The notes: generated by a model from the sequence alone, not told the origin. DNA of 64,000 nt from Octopus sinensis (GCF_006345805.1 NC_043007.1:1612001-1676000); one strand, 5' to 3'. Positions 1 through 11,152 are shown, counted from the first letter of the stretch. Made by a program: numbers and translations.

Positions 1-339
1 GGTCAATGCAATCGACTTGCCCCACAATTCTGCTCTATCAGGAATGACTGGAGACTAGAACCTCACTCACATAAACTTCCAGTAGCAACTGCCCAACCCT
101 TGGCTAGATTCATAGCTCAATTAAAAGATGAGTTTTCAAGCCATCCTCAAATTAAATAATGAAATTGGTGTATTACATCAGATAGGATCAAAAGACAGAT
201 GCACACCTTGTTCAAGATCTGAGACAATATTAAGCCTGCTTCCAAAACACCTCCGGGATTATCCATCACTTTGGTTCTGTATCACTAGAGATGACTAAGG
301 CTGTTTAGTAGCAAGCTCCGTCCATTCATGTCTTATTTT

Positions 340-713
340 CATCATCATCATTGTTTAATGTCCGCTTTCCATGCTAGCATGGGTTGGACGATTTTGACTG
401 AGGGCTGGCAAACCAGATGGCTGCACCAGGTTCCAATCTTGATCTGGCAGAGTTTCTACAGCTGGATGCCCTTCCTAATGCCAACCACTCCGAGAGTGTA
501 GTGGGTGCTTTTTACGTGCCACTGGCATGGGGGCCAGTCAGGCGGTACTGACAACAGCCTTGCTCGAATCTTTTTACACGTGCCACCGGCACAGGTGCCA
601 CTGAAGCGACGTTGGTAACGATCACGCTCAAATGGTGCCCTTTTATGTGCCACCAGCACAGAAGCCAGTTGGCTGCTCTGGCAACGATCACGCTCAGATG
701 GTGCTCTGGCCCC
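340..713 (-). mobile_element. RTE-like LINE 3' end (3'UTR with (GAT)n tail), 5'-truncated
   Basis: Minus strand ...ggcattaggaagggcatccagctgtagaaa...ccaacccatgctagcatggaaagcggacattaaac(aat)gatgatgat. The same UTR follows an RTE-like ORF end at 49.9 kb. Confidence 0.75.
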
Positions 714-961
714 GCAGACCTCGACATATATCTTTCAATTTTCAAAACATACTTCTGCTGATATAGGCTTTTTTTTTGCCGTTCTTTTTTCCTGCTGATT
801 TCTTTCATTGAATTGCTCTTACCCGGAATTTATTACTAATCAATATTGACGAGCACATTTCTCTCCACATTTTAAACTTTGCATTTCTCATCATTTACGT
901 ACTTCATTTTAAATTAATATGTTTTGTGGAGTGAAATTGCTTTTTACTTGTGTATATCTGT

Positions 962-1051
962 ACCTATCTATCTACGTAATCTATCTATCTATCTATCTAT
1001 CTATCCTTATCTATCTATCTATCCATCTATCTATCTGTTTGTGTGTGTGTG

Positions 1052-1097
<46 letters not shown>

Positions 1098-1193
1098 GTG
1101 TATATATATATATATATATAATATATATATATATGTGTGTGTGTATGTATATATATTTATGTATATATATGTATATATATTTATGTATATATA

Positions 1194-1227
<34 letters not shown>

Positions 1228-1300
1228 ATATGTGTGTGTGTGTGTATATATGTGTGTGTGTGTATATGTTTGTGTGTGTGTGTGTATATATATATACACA
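962..1300. repeat. Compound microsatellite (TATC)n/(TA)n/(TG)n
   Basis: Directly visible; explains the YI/CV/HT ORFs. Confidence 0.95.
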
Positions 1301-1954
1301 TGTTGTTTTGTTTTGGTTTTATTTTTGTTGTTGTTGTATGTTGCCTTTAAGAAGTAAGAAGTTCACTATAAGCAATTTATTTGAAAACACACAAATCAGT
1401 GATGCAATTACGAGGAGAAAAAAACGGCAGCATTTATTAGAGAACTGCTTGTAATATTGCTGTTCACAGCATTCTGAATTTCCATCTACTTCATATTTAA
1501 CTACAAACTAATGCAAAAAAAAAAAAAATCGAAAAAGAAAATCGTAAAAGAAAAGGAAAATCGAAAAAAATTAAAAAAAAAGGCAAAAAATTGATCGTTG
1601 CCTTTCCCTTCTCCCCCACCCCTATTTTGTTGCTTGAAGAAACGCATGCTTGCTGAGAAAATTCGATATCAGTTTGAAATATTTGAGAAGAGAGGAACCA
1701 TATTTCCTTTTGCACTCATTTAACCCTTTGATGGTGTAAACGATTGTTGACGCTTTTTAGTTAACGACTTTCAAACTTTTTTTTTATCAACCTAATTTTG
1801 ATTTCTAATTATCCACTGTGTTTTTAAGTCTACTAACCTTAATTCAAAAGTCAAGGAAATTATTCTTGAAATCACAAATTTTTAGGTTTCTTGGCCCAAT
1901 TCTTTGTCATCATTGTATTATTAACTCAGTGGTTCCAAACTTAGATATGTTTAT

Positions 1955-2242
1955 ATCATCATCATCATCATTTAACATCCGTTTTCCATGCTGGCATGGG
2001 TTGGATGGTTTGACTGATGTCTGGAGAGCCAGCAGCTGCACCAGGCTCCAGTCTGATCTGACAGTATTTCTACAGCTGGATGCTCTGCCTAACGCCAACC
2101 ACTCTGAGAGTGTAGTGGGTGCTTTTTATGTGCAACTGACACAGGAGCCAATCAGGGGGCACTGGCATCAGCCACATTCAGATGGTGCTTTTTATGTGCC
2201 ACTGGCATGGGAGCCAGTCAGGGGGCACTGGCCACAGCTATG
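1955..2242 (-). mobile_element. RTE-like LINE 3' end
   Basis: Same family as 340-713; (CAT)n tail at 1955. Confidence 0.75.
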
Positions 2243-2329
2243 ATAATGAAACATACTGTTTATAGAAAGCGGATTGTAGAATTTGAACATGTGAACTTGC
2301 ATTTGTTGGTTGCATATTTTATCAAGCTG

Positions 2330-2332
<3 letters not shown>

Positions 2333-2360
<28 letters not shown>

Positions 2361-2441
2361 TGTATGTATGTATGTATGTATGTATGCATGCATGCATGCA
2401 TGCATGCATGAATGAATGAATGAATGAATGAATGAATGAAT
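2333..2441. repeat. (TATG)n-(CATG)n-(AATG)n microsatellite
   Basis: Directly visible. Confidence 0.95.
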
Positions 2442-2464
2442 GTTGGTACTTATCTATTAATATA

Positions 2465-2916
2465 CAGCATCAATAGACCTGATAGTATGTTGGCAACTTA
2501 ATGTGACAGTCCCATAAAAGGGAAGAATGCTACTGTTATTTAACCCTAGGAAACACCGTTTCCTGTTAGACTTGACAAGTTTCATGTGTTTTTATGTTTT
2601 CAAAAGGGAGATAAGCACCTCCACCCAGCAAAGCCAGCACCCAGAGACTAGTTTCAGACTCATTGCTCATCATCAGTCTGGGGTAGCATGGCTTGATGGC
2701 TGTCGATGCCTATTCACCTTTGAAAACATATTTCAATTGAAATACATTCACTGATTTTTGAAAATAGAAATAATATATTTCTAAATCTCTCAGGAAATGT
2801 GTTGAGTCCAACAGGAAACACTGTTTCCTAGGGCTAAATAACAGTAGCATTCTTCCCTTTCATGGGACTGTCACATTAAGTTGACAACACGCTATCACTT
2901 TATTGTGCTGCTACTG
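2465..2916. mobile_element. Long-TIR MITE-like element
   Basis: About 90-bp inverted repeat: 2481-2573 (gatagtatgttggcaacttaatgtgacagtccc...tcctgttagact) versus 2805-2896. Confidence 0.7.
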
Positions 2917-3660
2917 CATAAATCTTTCGGAGAGATTTAGAAATATATTATTTCTATCAATGGACCTGTTGAAACAAACTGAGCCTTTCGTAGGGCTGTT
3001 TGCTAATAAATATGTCCACCTTGTCAAACATGTGTATTGGGTTCTTATTTGAACTATGAGCTTCCTGGTTTTTATACCATTATTATTAGAATTCTCATTG
3101 ATTTATAGTCAATATACACAAGAATATGGTAATTGTGATTGAAGACGTGTCTTAGTTCTGTTTGATTTCTGTCAATACACAAAGGGAAACAGTGATTTCA
3201 ATTGGACACTCAAGATTTAAATAATTGAACTCTTCATCTTTTAATCAGGAAGGGAAGGGCAGTGGCTGTGGTCCTTTTCAGTACCTCTTGGACTGGTGGA
3301 AGTGGGGAGAAAGTATCTTTAATGTGAAGAGCTGACCTGAATGCTTGAAGAAGAGTGACCTTCTCTTTGAAGGACACTCCAGTTGTCCTCTGGCGATGCT
3401 AAACTGGGAATCAGATTATGTCAACCACTCAAGTAGGTTGAGGTAGGATTTGAACTTGGAATGCAGCAAGCAGGAACAAATATCATGGGACATATGATTT
3501 GATTTTCATACAGTCTTGTCAATTCATTGTACAGCATCCATAAGTAATTTTTTACTGATCCTAATAGGATGTATAACAAAGCCAACTTTTGCTGGGTTTG
3601 AACTTAGTGCGCTGTGGGTTAGAACAAACACAGCTAAGCATAGCATTCTATCCAACACTC

Positions 3661-3883
3661 TCTTTTCCTCTTTTCAGTCATTTGACTGTGGCCATGCTGG
3701 AGCACCGCCTTTAGTCGAGCAAATCGACCCCAGGACTTATTCTTTGTAAGCCTTGTACTTATTCTATTGGTCTATTTTGCCGAACCACTAAGTTTCAGGG
3801 ATGTAAACACACCAGCATCAGTCGTCAAGCAATGTTGGAGGGACAAACACAGGCACACAAACATATATACACACACGCAGACA

Positions 3884-3914
<31 letters not shown>

Positions 3915-4165
3915 CACACACACACAGACACACACACACACACACACACATACATACATACATACATACATACACATATACATGTATGTATGTATACGTA
4001 TATACGACGGGCTTCTTTCAGTTTCTGTCTACCAAATCCACTCATAAGGCTTTGGTCAGCCCGAGGCTATAGTAGACAACACTTGCCCAAGGTGCCACGC
4101 AGTGGGACTGAACCCGGAACCATGTTCTTTCGTAAGCAAGCTACTTACCACACAGCCACTCCTAC
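3661..4165 (-). mobile_element. tRNA-derived SINE family M (Meta-like central domain, internal microsatellite, CR1-like tail)
   Basis: Head ggagtggctgtgtggtaag...ccgggttcagtcccactg; central gagtggatttggtagacagaaactgaaagaagcccgtc; tail ggcggtgctccagcatggccacagtc. Confidence 0.8.
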
Positions 4166-5305
4166 ACTCTAACATTTCTGTCAATTCATCATCTCTAATT
4201 CTTACTCTAATATGTATTTTTCTGTTTATAGATTCCATTAATAAGCCTCTTGATAAATACACACGAAACTCTGGTTAATTACATTCATCAAATTAAAACT
4301 TAAACTATATTAGGCCTTTAAAACGGTTTATTTCCTCTTCTTTGTTCAAGATTAATTAATATATTGCTAGATAATAAATTACAATGTGGACATTAACTGG
4401 AATTTATTTTGCAGTTCTGGATGTTTGCAAAATAAATTAATGAAAACATTATTTTTGCATTTGTTTATTATATTATCACCAAAATCTTGATTTCAATTTG
4501 GAACGGCACGAAACAAACGAATACAATTATTTTTAAAAACCAATTTCTATGTTCTCTTTTGAGCCCCTAAGGAATCTGCATGTTGTTGCTCACCTTGTTA
4601 GAAACAATAGCCAAATCCCTTTCGAATTACACTGTACTGATGAAGGGCACGTATTATATTCATTTAGTGTTTTTGTTTGTTTCAGTTACTGGACTATGGC
4701 AATATTAAAGGCAGTGCTCCAGCATGGTCACAGTCAAACGACTGAAGCAAGTAAAAGAATAAAAGAATATTGGGGTACTGCCTTATAGGGTTTTAGTTGA
4801 TTTTATCAGCTCCAATATTTCATATTTAAGATTGGTACTTCTCTTAGAGATCCCTGTTGGTTGCGCATCTAAGTTATTGGGCGTAAAAAGAGTCACTGGT
4901 TTTTCGAGCATTATTGGACACAGAGACAAGCATTCACACATACACAGGCACATGCGTGCACTCATGCACAGACACACAGATACACACACAAGCATGCGGA
5001 TGCAGGCACAGGTGTGTGTTCAAGAAGTTCATTTTAGAGTCATATGGTTAAGGGTTCAGTCGAAGTGCATAGATATACTGCCAGCTGGTATTCTTTACTG
5101 GAATCACGACTTGACCAATACTGTGTGAGGTGAAATTTGGTAAAATGAAACTAGAAACCCATTGTGTGTGTGTGTACATGTACATGTGACTGGGTGTACA
5201 TTTCCTTTGTGAGTAAAATTTGGGGAAAAGAAACTAAAAGCCCATTCTGTGTGTGTGCGATATTGTGTCTGATTGTAAACAAACTCACTGGTCATACAAA
5301 GAGAG

Positions 5306-5551
5306 TACATTATTTAAATTTGATGGATATTTGTCCCCATCTTGTTTGTTGCTAACACAAGGTTTCAGCTGATACACCCTCCAGCCTTCATCAGTTGTCT
5401 TGGGGAAATTTCAAACCTGGGTTCTCATTACTAAGGTATTTTTCGATGTTGTAATTATTATTATTATTATTATTGTTATTGTTCAGGTTACTATTTGGAA
5501 TTGAACTCGGAATCTTGGGGTTAGTAGCCTGTGCTCTTAACCTCTATGCCG
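5306..5551 (-). mobile_element. tRNA-headed SINE with Penelope-type hammerhead tail, copy 1
   Basis: A box CGGCATAGAGG (5551-5541), B box GAGTTCAATTCC (5508-5497), (TAA)n linker, then a hammerhead-bearing 3' segment shared with 63355-63545. Confidence 0.8.
5354..5399 (-). ncRNA. Type I hammerhead ribozyme (degenerate), copy 1
   Basis: gacaa CTGATGA a ggctg-gagggtgtat-cagct GAAA cc tt|gtgtt. Core intact; mismatches in stems I and III. Confidence 0.7.
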
Positions 5552-5918
5552 TATTCCTGTATATAGAACTGTATACAAAAAGAGTGTTATTTGTTTGCAG
5601 TCTTCTATGAAATGAAGGCCAGGCATTGTGTTGCTTGTGCTGAAATGACTAAAAGAAACATTTACCTTACTTGCCATAGAAAATCTGCTTCAAGGAATTT
5701 TCACCTGATCCATGCAAGCACAGAAGAGTGGATGTTAAAATGATGATGAGGAGTAAAAAAAAAAGTGTAATTTTTTCAAGCATTAAAAAAAAAATCGTAT
5801 TGGGAATTTTATTTGTGGAAGTTGAAACCCCATAAGTGAGGTATGGAACTACAATGGTGCATTCCATACATTTAGAATTATGGTGTCTCAGAATATGGTG
5901 TTTCACTGTCACTAATTA

Positions 5919-6053
5919 AGATTGGCGTTGCTTCCAAAATTTTTTCTTAGGAAGGGCGTCCAGCCATAAAAACCATGCTGAATCAGATTGGAGTCTGGTG
6001 CAGCCTGGTCAAACTGTCCAGCTCATGTCAGCATGGACAATGGATACTAAATA

Positions 6054-6098
<45 letters not shown>

Positions 6099-6108
6099 TT
6101 GATGATGA
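5919..6108 (+). mobile_element. RTE-like 3' end variant with long (GAT)n tail
   Basis: aggaagggcgtccagccataaaa...catgtcagcatggacaatggatactaaataatgatgat. Confidence 0.6.
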
Positions 6109-6239
6109 TAGAAGAAATCAGTTTTGCATTGTTGCATGCTTCACCATTTGCCTATCCCATGTATTGTCTGTGATACACAGGTCATATTTCTCTGGCATCC
6201 CTGCATCATATGTGATACACATTCCTTGTCTTTTGTCAC

Positions 6240-6358
6240 CAGAATAATTTGAAAGTTATTGAAAAAACAAGGAATAACTAAGAATCTGAAAACAAGCATG
6301 GACATTTTCAGATTTTTCTCGAAAATTATAAAAATGCTTTGGACCGGCAAAGGGTTAA
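6240..6358 (+). mobile_element. piggyBac-like MITE end fragment
   Basis: Ends ...ggaccggcaaaggg|ttaa; only one end recognised. Confidence 0.35.
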
Positions 6359-7146
6359 AGAAAAATTTTACTTAAACACTGAGTGATAATTGGTCGTTTT
6401 TTTGTTGGTGTCATTCCAACATTTGATCTTTTCCTGTTGGTGTCATTTCAACAATTCTTTTATTAATAATCTAAACTCAAAATCGTGGAATATATATTAT
6501 TTCCCTATTTTGAGAAAACATTTCTTTAATGTAACTCATATCAAAAAAAACACAGCATTCTCAAATGTTTTGTGGATTTTTTTTTTCCTTTTTTTTTCCT
6601 TTTTTTTTCCCCTCTTCAGTGTAGAAGTTTTCTCATTAGAAGTTGTCTTGCATTTGATAAGTGGAAAATTGGTGGGGGGTAAAAAAAAGAAACAAAAAAA
6701 AACAGAACAAAAAAAAAGCAAGGTGAGAGAATAATAAAACACAGGTATGTTGATAATATGTTTCAGGTGATGGCTGTTGTTGAATTTATCAACAAAACAT
6801 GGAGTCCAATAATCAACCATGCAGAAAGACTAAGTGTGGCATTCAATTTAGTATTGTGTTTATCATAGCATAGGAGAAGGAGAGGGGAGGGTGTATATTG
6901 TGTTGATATATTTTTTTTTGGTGGGGGAGGAGAATGGTCGGCCGAGGGGTGGTCGGAATTGAAATATGTAGAGCAGCTGTTTGTCTCAAGTTGTTTTATT
7001 TCTGATTACATTTTATTTACATTTACTTACTGAGATATTTAAAGAAATCGGTAATAGAAAAGAAAAGCAATTTCCATTTATGGTTCTGGGAAATACTATG
7101 GCTGTTCTGATTAGTTGCTTTGTTTTATTTTGTTTATTATTGTTGC

Positions 7147-7192
<46 letters not shown>

Positions 7193-7195
7193 TTA

Positions 7196-7637
7196 TGTTT
7201 GACTTTTGATTTACATTTGTACAAGTTGACTCCAAGTCTCACCCAGCGACCTCAAGAGACAGCAAGCTAGAAGTTCATGTTGGTGTTATAACTAGGGTGC
7301 CCTATATTTGTTTTTGTACTTAGTCTTGTTCTAGAGAATCTTTAAGAAACCATAAAAAAATTGTATTTGTTTTAAAACTTGAGATTACATAGAAAGTATT
7401 TTGCGTACGATATGGGCAGTTCCGATGAGCACTATCTTTTGAATTTCTGCTATTTTGGGGGTTTCCTTGTATCTGAGCTAGGTAGTAGTCAGCCCCTTTC
7501 GCTATCATTCCCAGGGCACCTATGACAACAGGTATTGTTTTAGTCTTCAGGTTCCACATTTTGCTAATTTCTATTTCAAGATCTTTATACTTGCTCAGTT
7601 TTTGGGGCTTCTTGACAGATACATTTATATCAATTAG
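7196..7637 (-). mobile_element. R4/Dong-clade (RLE) LINE 3' fragment in (TAA)n
   Basis: Translates LIDINVSVKKPQKLSKYKDLEIEISKMWNLKTKTIPVVIGALGMIAKG...(frameshift)IAEIQKIVLIGTAHIVRKILSM* (stop 7385-7387); 3'UTR runs into (TAA)n at about 7140-7195. Confidence 0.85.
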
Positions 7638-7638
7638 G

Positions 7639-7639
<1 letters not shown>

Positions 7640-7669
<30 letters not shown>

Positions 7670-7820
7670 CTTCTTCTTCTTCTTTCTTCTTCTTCTTCTT
7701 CTTCTTCTTCTTTTCTCTTCTTCTTCTCTTCTTCTTCTTCTTCTTCTTCTTCTCTTCTTCTCTCCTTCTTCTTCTTCTTCTTATTATTATTATTATTATC
7801 GTTATTACTATTATTACTAC
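7640..7820. repeat. (TTC)n/(TTA)n microsatellite
   Basis: Directly visible. Confidence 0.95.
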
Positions 7821-8146
7821 TAGTTCTAAGAATATTTATTGGATATAGATTATATTGGAAAGAGAGACTTTTCTGCATTTGTGATTGTCAAATGTCAAAT
7901 AAAGATATTTTTTGACATTTGGATATTTTATTTTAATTCCACCTGTAAATGTAGTGGGAATCTATTTCAATTTCAGCTGCATGTTGCCCATTACCAATTT
8001 ACCTATATTGGCTTTTGTAAGTTTTATTGTTAAATATCTTTATAATTATTAATTGACTTCCAAAACTTTAATATAAATTATATTAGACATTGTATGCATG
8101 TATTGGAGACAAAAGGTGATGCCAGCACCACAATGGAATTCTAACC

Positions 8147-8379
8147 TATTTCTTTACTACCCACAAGGGGCTAAATACAGAGAGAACAAACAAGGAAAGA
8201 CAAACGGATTAAGTCGATTATATCGACCCCAGTGTGTAACTGGTACTTATTTAATCGACCCTGAAAGGATGAAAGGCAAAGTCGACCTCGGAGGAATTTG
8301 AACTCAAAACATAACGGCTGACGAAATGCAGCGAAGCATTTCGCCCGGCGTGCTAATGTTTCTGCCAGCTCGCCGCCTT
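8147..8379 (-). mobile_element. tRNA-derived SINE family N (Nin-like domain) with 13-bp TSD
   Basis: ggcggcgagctggcagaaac...gagttcaaattcc...gcctttcatcctttcagggtcgattaaataagtaccag; TSD tggaattctaacc at 8134 and 8380. Confidence 0.85.
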
Positions 8380-8798
8380 TGGAATTCTAACCACCTGCCT
8401 ATTGCTTGTCAGGTGACAACATCACTGATTAAATTGTGGAGTTCCTGTCATGCTGTCTCCGCAAATTATGCCATTTTTTTTCCTACTAGTTAACCTTGCT
8501 ATGTTGGTTAAGATTAAGCACAAATAATCTCTCTATATATAAATAGCAAAATGTATGTCTGTGTGTGTGTGTGTATGCATGTCCTTTATACAAATTCACA
8601 ATTTTTCAGTTAGAGGGCTCGCACTTTCTATGGTCATTCAAAGCCGTCCAGGGGGTCATGGCACATCTTACATTTCCCCAGTCACCCCCGCGAAGGCCAT
8701 TAAAAAATTCATAAAGTGACTTTTTTAAATTATATTAGACATTGTATGCATGTATTGGAGACAAAAGGTGATGCCAGCACCACAATGGAATTCTAACC

Positions 8799-9031
8799 TA
8801 TTTCTTTACTACCCACAAGGGGCTAAATACAGAGAGAACAAACAAGGAAAGACAAACGGATTAAGTCGATTATATCGACCCCAGTGTGTAACTGGTACTT
8901 ATTTAATCGACCCTGAAAGGATGAAAGGCAAAGTCGACCTCGGAGGAATTTGAACTCAAAACATAACGGCTGACGAAATGCAGCGAAGCATTTCGCCCGG
9001 CGTGCTAATGTTTCTGCCAGCTCGCCGCCTT
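8799..9031 (-). mobile_element. SINE family N (duplicate copy)
   Basis: Identical to 8147-8379 including the TSD. Confidence 0.85.
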
Positions 9032-9137
9032 TGGAATTCTAACCACCTGCCTATTGCTTGTCAGGTGACGCGCAAATTATGCCATTTTTTTCCTACTAGT
9101 TAAACCTTGCTATGTTGGTTAAGATTAAGCACAATAA

Positions 9138-9480
9138 TCTCTCTATATATAAATAGCAAATGTATGTCTGTGTGTGTGTGTGTATGCATGTCCTTTATAC
9201 AAATTCACAATTTTTCAGTTAGAGGGCTCGCACTTTCTATGGTCATTCAAAGCCGTCCAGGGTGGTCATGCACATCTTTACATTTCCCCAGTCACCCCCG
9301 CAAGGCCATTAAAAAATTCAATAGAAGTGACTTTTTTTATGAATTTTCTATCCAAAACCTAATCAAAATACCCGAAACTTGATATGCCAATTGAATGCCA
9401 GCTAGCTGTATGTGATTGGTCGGAGATTTGGACAGTACTTGCGTGTATGTGCGCATGCACGCAGCTGTATATGCATGCAC
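9138..9480 (+). mobile_element. Helitron-like non-autonomous element, 5' part (partial duplicate at 8528-8726)
   Basis: A|TCtctctatatataaatagcaaatgtatgtctgtgtg start typical of Helitron 5' ends; 3' CTAG end not identified. Confidence 0.45.
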
Positions 9481-9685
9481 TAGCACTATGACCAATCAAG
9501 AAAAACAGCATTGCCATACAGCAGCAAGAAATTGTAGTATGTAATACTGGCTGAGGAGGTTCACTTTGCATCTAATTGTACAATCAAGTACAGTCTGGTT
9601 GTGTAGAACATTGGGCGAGTGTGTCTAGGATGACTAATGCCTTGTGTGTGATGTTGGTGGTGTGATGTTAAACTGTTTAAAACCT

Positions 9686-9716
<31 letters not shown>

Positions 9717-10148
9717 AAGTGTGTGTGTGAAGTTGTCAATTTCACTTCTCTGCATGAAACTGTCTGAAGAAAAATGATTTGTTTACACTGTTGGTGATCT
9801 TTACATCATCTTGCTCTTTGCTTTTAAGTGTGGTGGGAAAAAAACCCCAAAAAACAAACAGAAACAAAAAAAAAACAACAAAACAAAACAAATCTCTTAC
9901 TTGGGTGATGTGGAGGGTGTCCAGCCATCAAATACTAACTCAAAATAAGTATCTGTCCAGTCCAACCTGTACCAACACAAAAAAAAAAAAAAGAACAGAT
10001 GTAAAACTAATGAATCTGAGGAGGCAGAATAACGTGGTTTGTAGAGTAATTGGTAAGACACTTATTTAGTAAACAATAGATATGTGGTTCAAGCTGGGGT
10101 CAGGGCCCATTTCTCTTCCCTATCTTAAATTACTGACTATAATTACAT

Positions 10149-10391
10149 TCTCTTTTACTTCTTCTGACTCATGTGACTGTGGCCATGCTGGGGCACCGCC
10201 TTTAGTCAAGCAATTCGACCGCAGGACTTATTTTTTGTAAGCCTATTACTTATTCTATTGGTCTCTTTTTGCCGAACCGCTAAGTTATGGGGACGTAAAC
10301 ACACCAGCATCGGTTGTCAAGCGATGTTAGGGGTACAAACACAGACACACAAACATGTATACACACACACATACATACATACATCTCTCTT

Positions 10392-10471
<80 letters not shown>

Positions 10472-10629
10472 CATGCAATGGGCTTCTTTCAGTTTCCATC
10501 TACCAAATCCACTCACAAGGCTTTGATTGGCCTGAGGCTATAGCAGAAGACACTTGCCCAAGGTGCTCATACAGTGGGACTGAACTCGGAACCATATGGT
10601 TCACAAGCAAGCTACTTACCACACAGCCA
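10149..10629 (-). mobile_element. SINE family M
   Basis: Same head, central domain and tail as 3661-4165; internal (CT)n(TA)n. Confidence 0.8.
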
Positions 10630-10630
10630 A

Positions 10631-10857
10631 TAACCTTTTCAAAACCAGCTCACTTGAGACCAAGCCTGGTTCTGTGATACAAACTTCCCGTCTTAAAGGG
10701 ATCTGAATTAAAGTCTTTTATCAAAATTTCATATTGCTTCAAGTATCAGACACCAGCTTAATAATGGCAAAGTTATTCCATCAAATTCTTTATTATTTTC
10801 AGCAGTAATTGAAACAAAGTACGTTTCTGAAGAATTATGGTAACTTAATGGGTTGAA
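10631..10857 (-). mobile_element. piggyBac-like MITE (diverged)
   Basis: Reverse-complement similarity to the 14.1-14.8 kb MITEs; taaccttttc...gggttga ends. Confidence 0.5.
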
Positions 10858-11152
10858 ATTGTTTGTTGCCAAATGGATATTTGTGGAGTAGTCACGATTT
10901 ATCAATCTATCAACAATTTACCATTAAAAATATGGTAACACTTCTGCTACCATATTTCTAATGGAATATTACTGGAATATGAGTTTCAATTGATTTTGAG
11001 TATAATGAAGAATTTGAAGCTGTTTATTTTTAAAGCAATTAAGTTTTTCAATATGAGACTGCTGTTTGGAATGTAACTTAACAAAAGCAATCTCACTTGA
11101 AATTACTACAGAATGTTGAGAGTTGTATATGTCTAGCGAGCAGTTTCATAGT

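Larger units (their letters stand above)
8075..9337 (+). repeat. 652-bp-period tandem duplication (8075-8726 / 8727-9337)
   Basis: Identical ORFs at 8098 and 8750; copy 2 lacks about 41 nt and differs by single-base indels. Confidence 0.95.

Noticed and set aside
6620-6744. Possible exon (polypyrimidine+CAG at 6619; GTGAGA/GTATGT donors); similar candidates at about 23367-23384, 54389 and 59923-59964(-)
   Set aside because: Splice-like motifs are common in AT-rich DNA; no recognisable peptide or consistent exon chain.
8098-8953. Duplicated 67-aa ORF MYWRQKVMPAPQ...
   Set aside because: Mostly antisense SINE sequence inside the tandem duplication.
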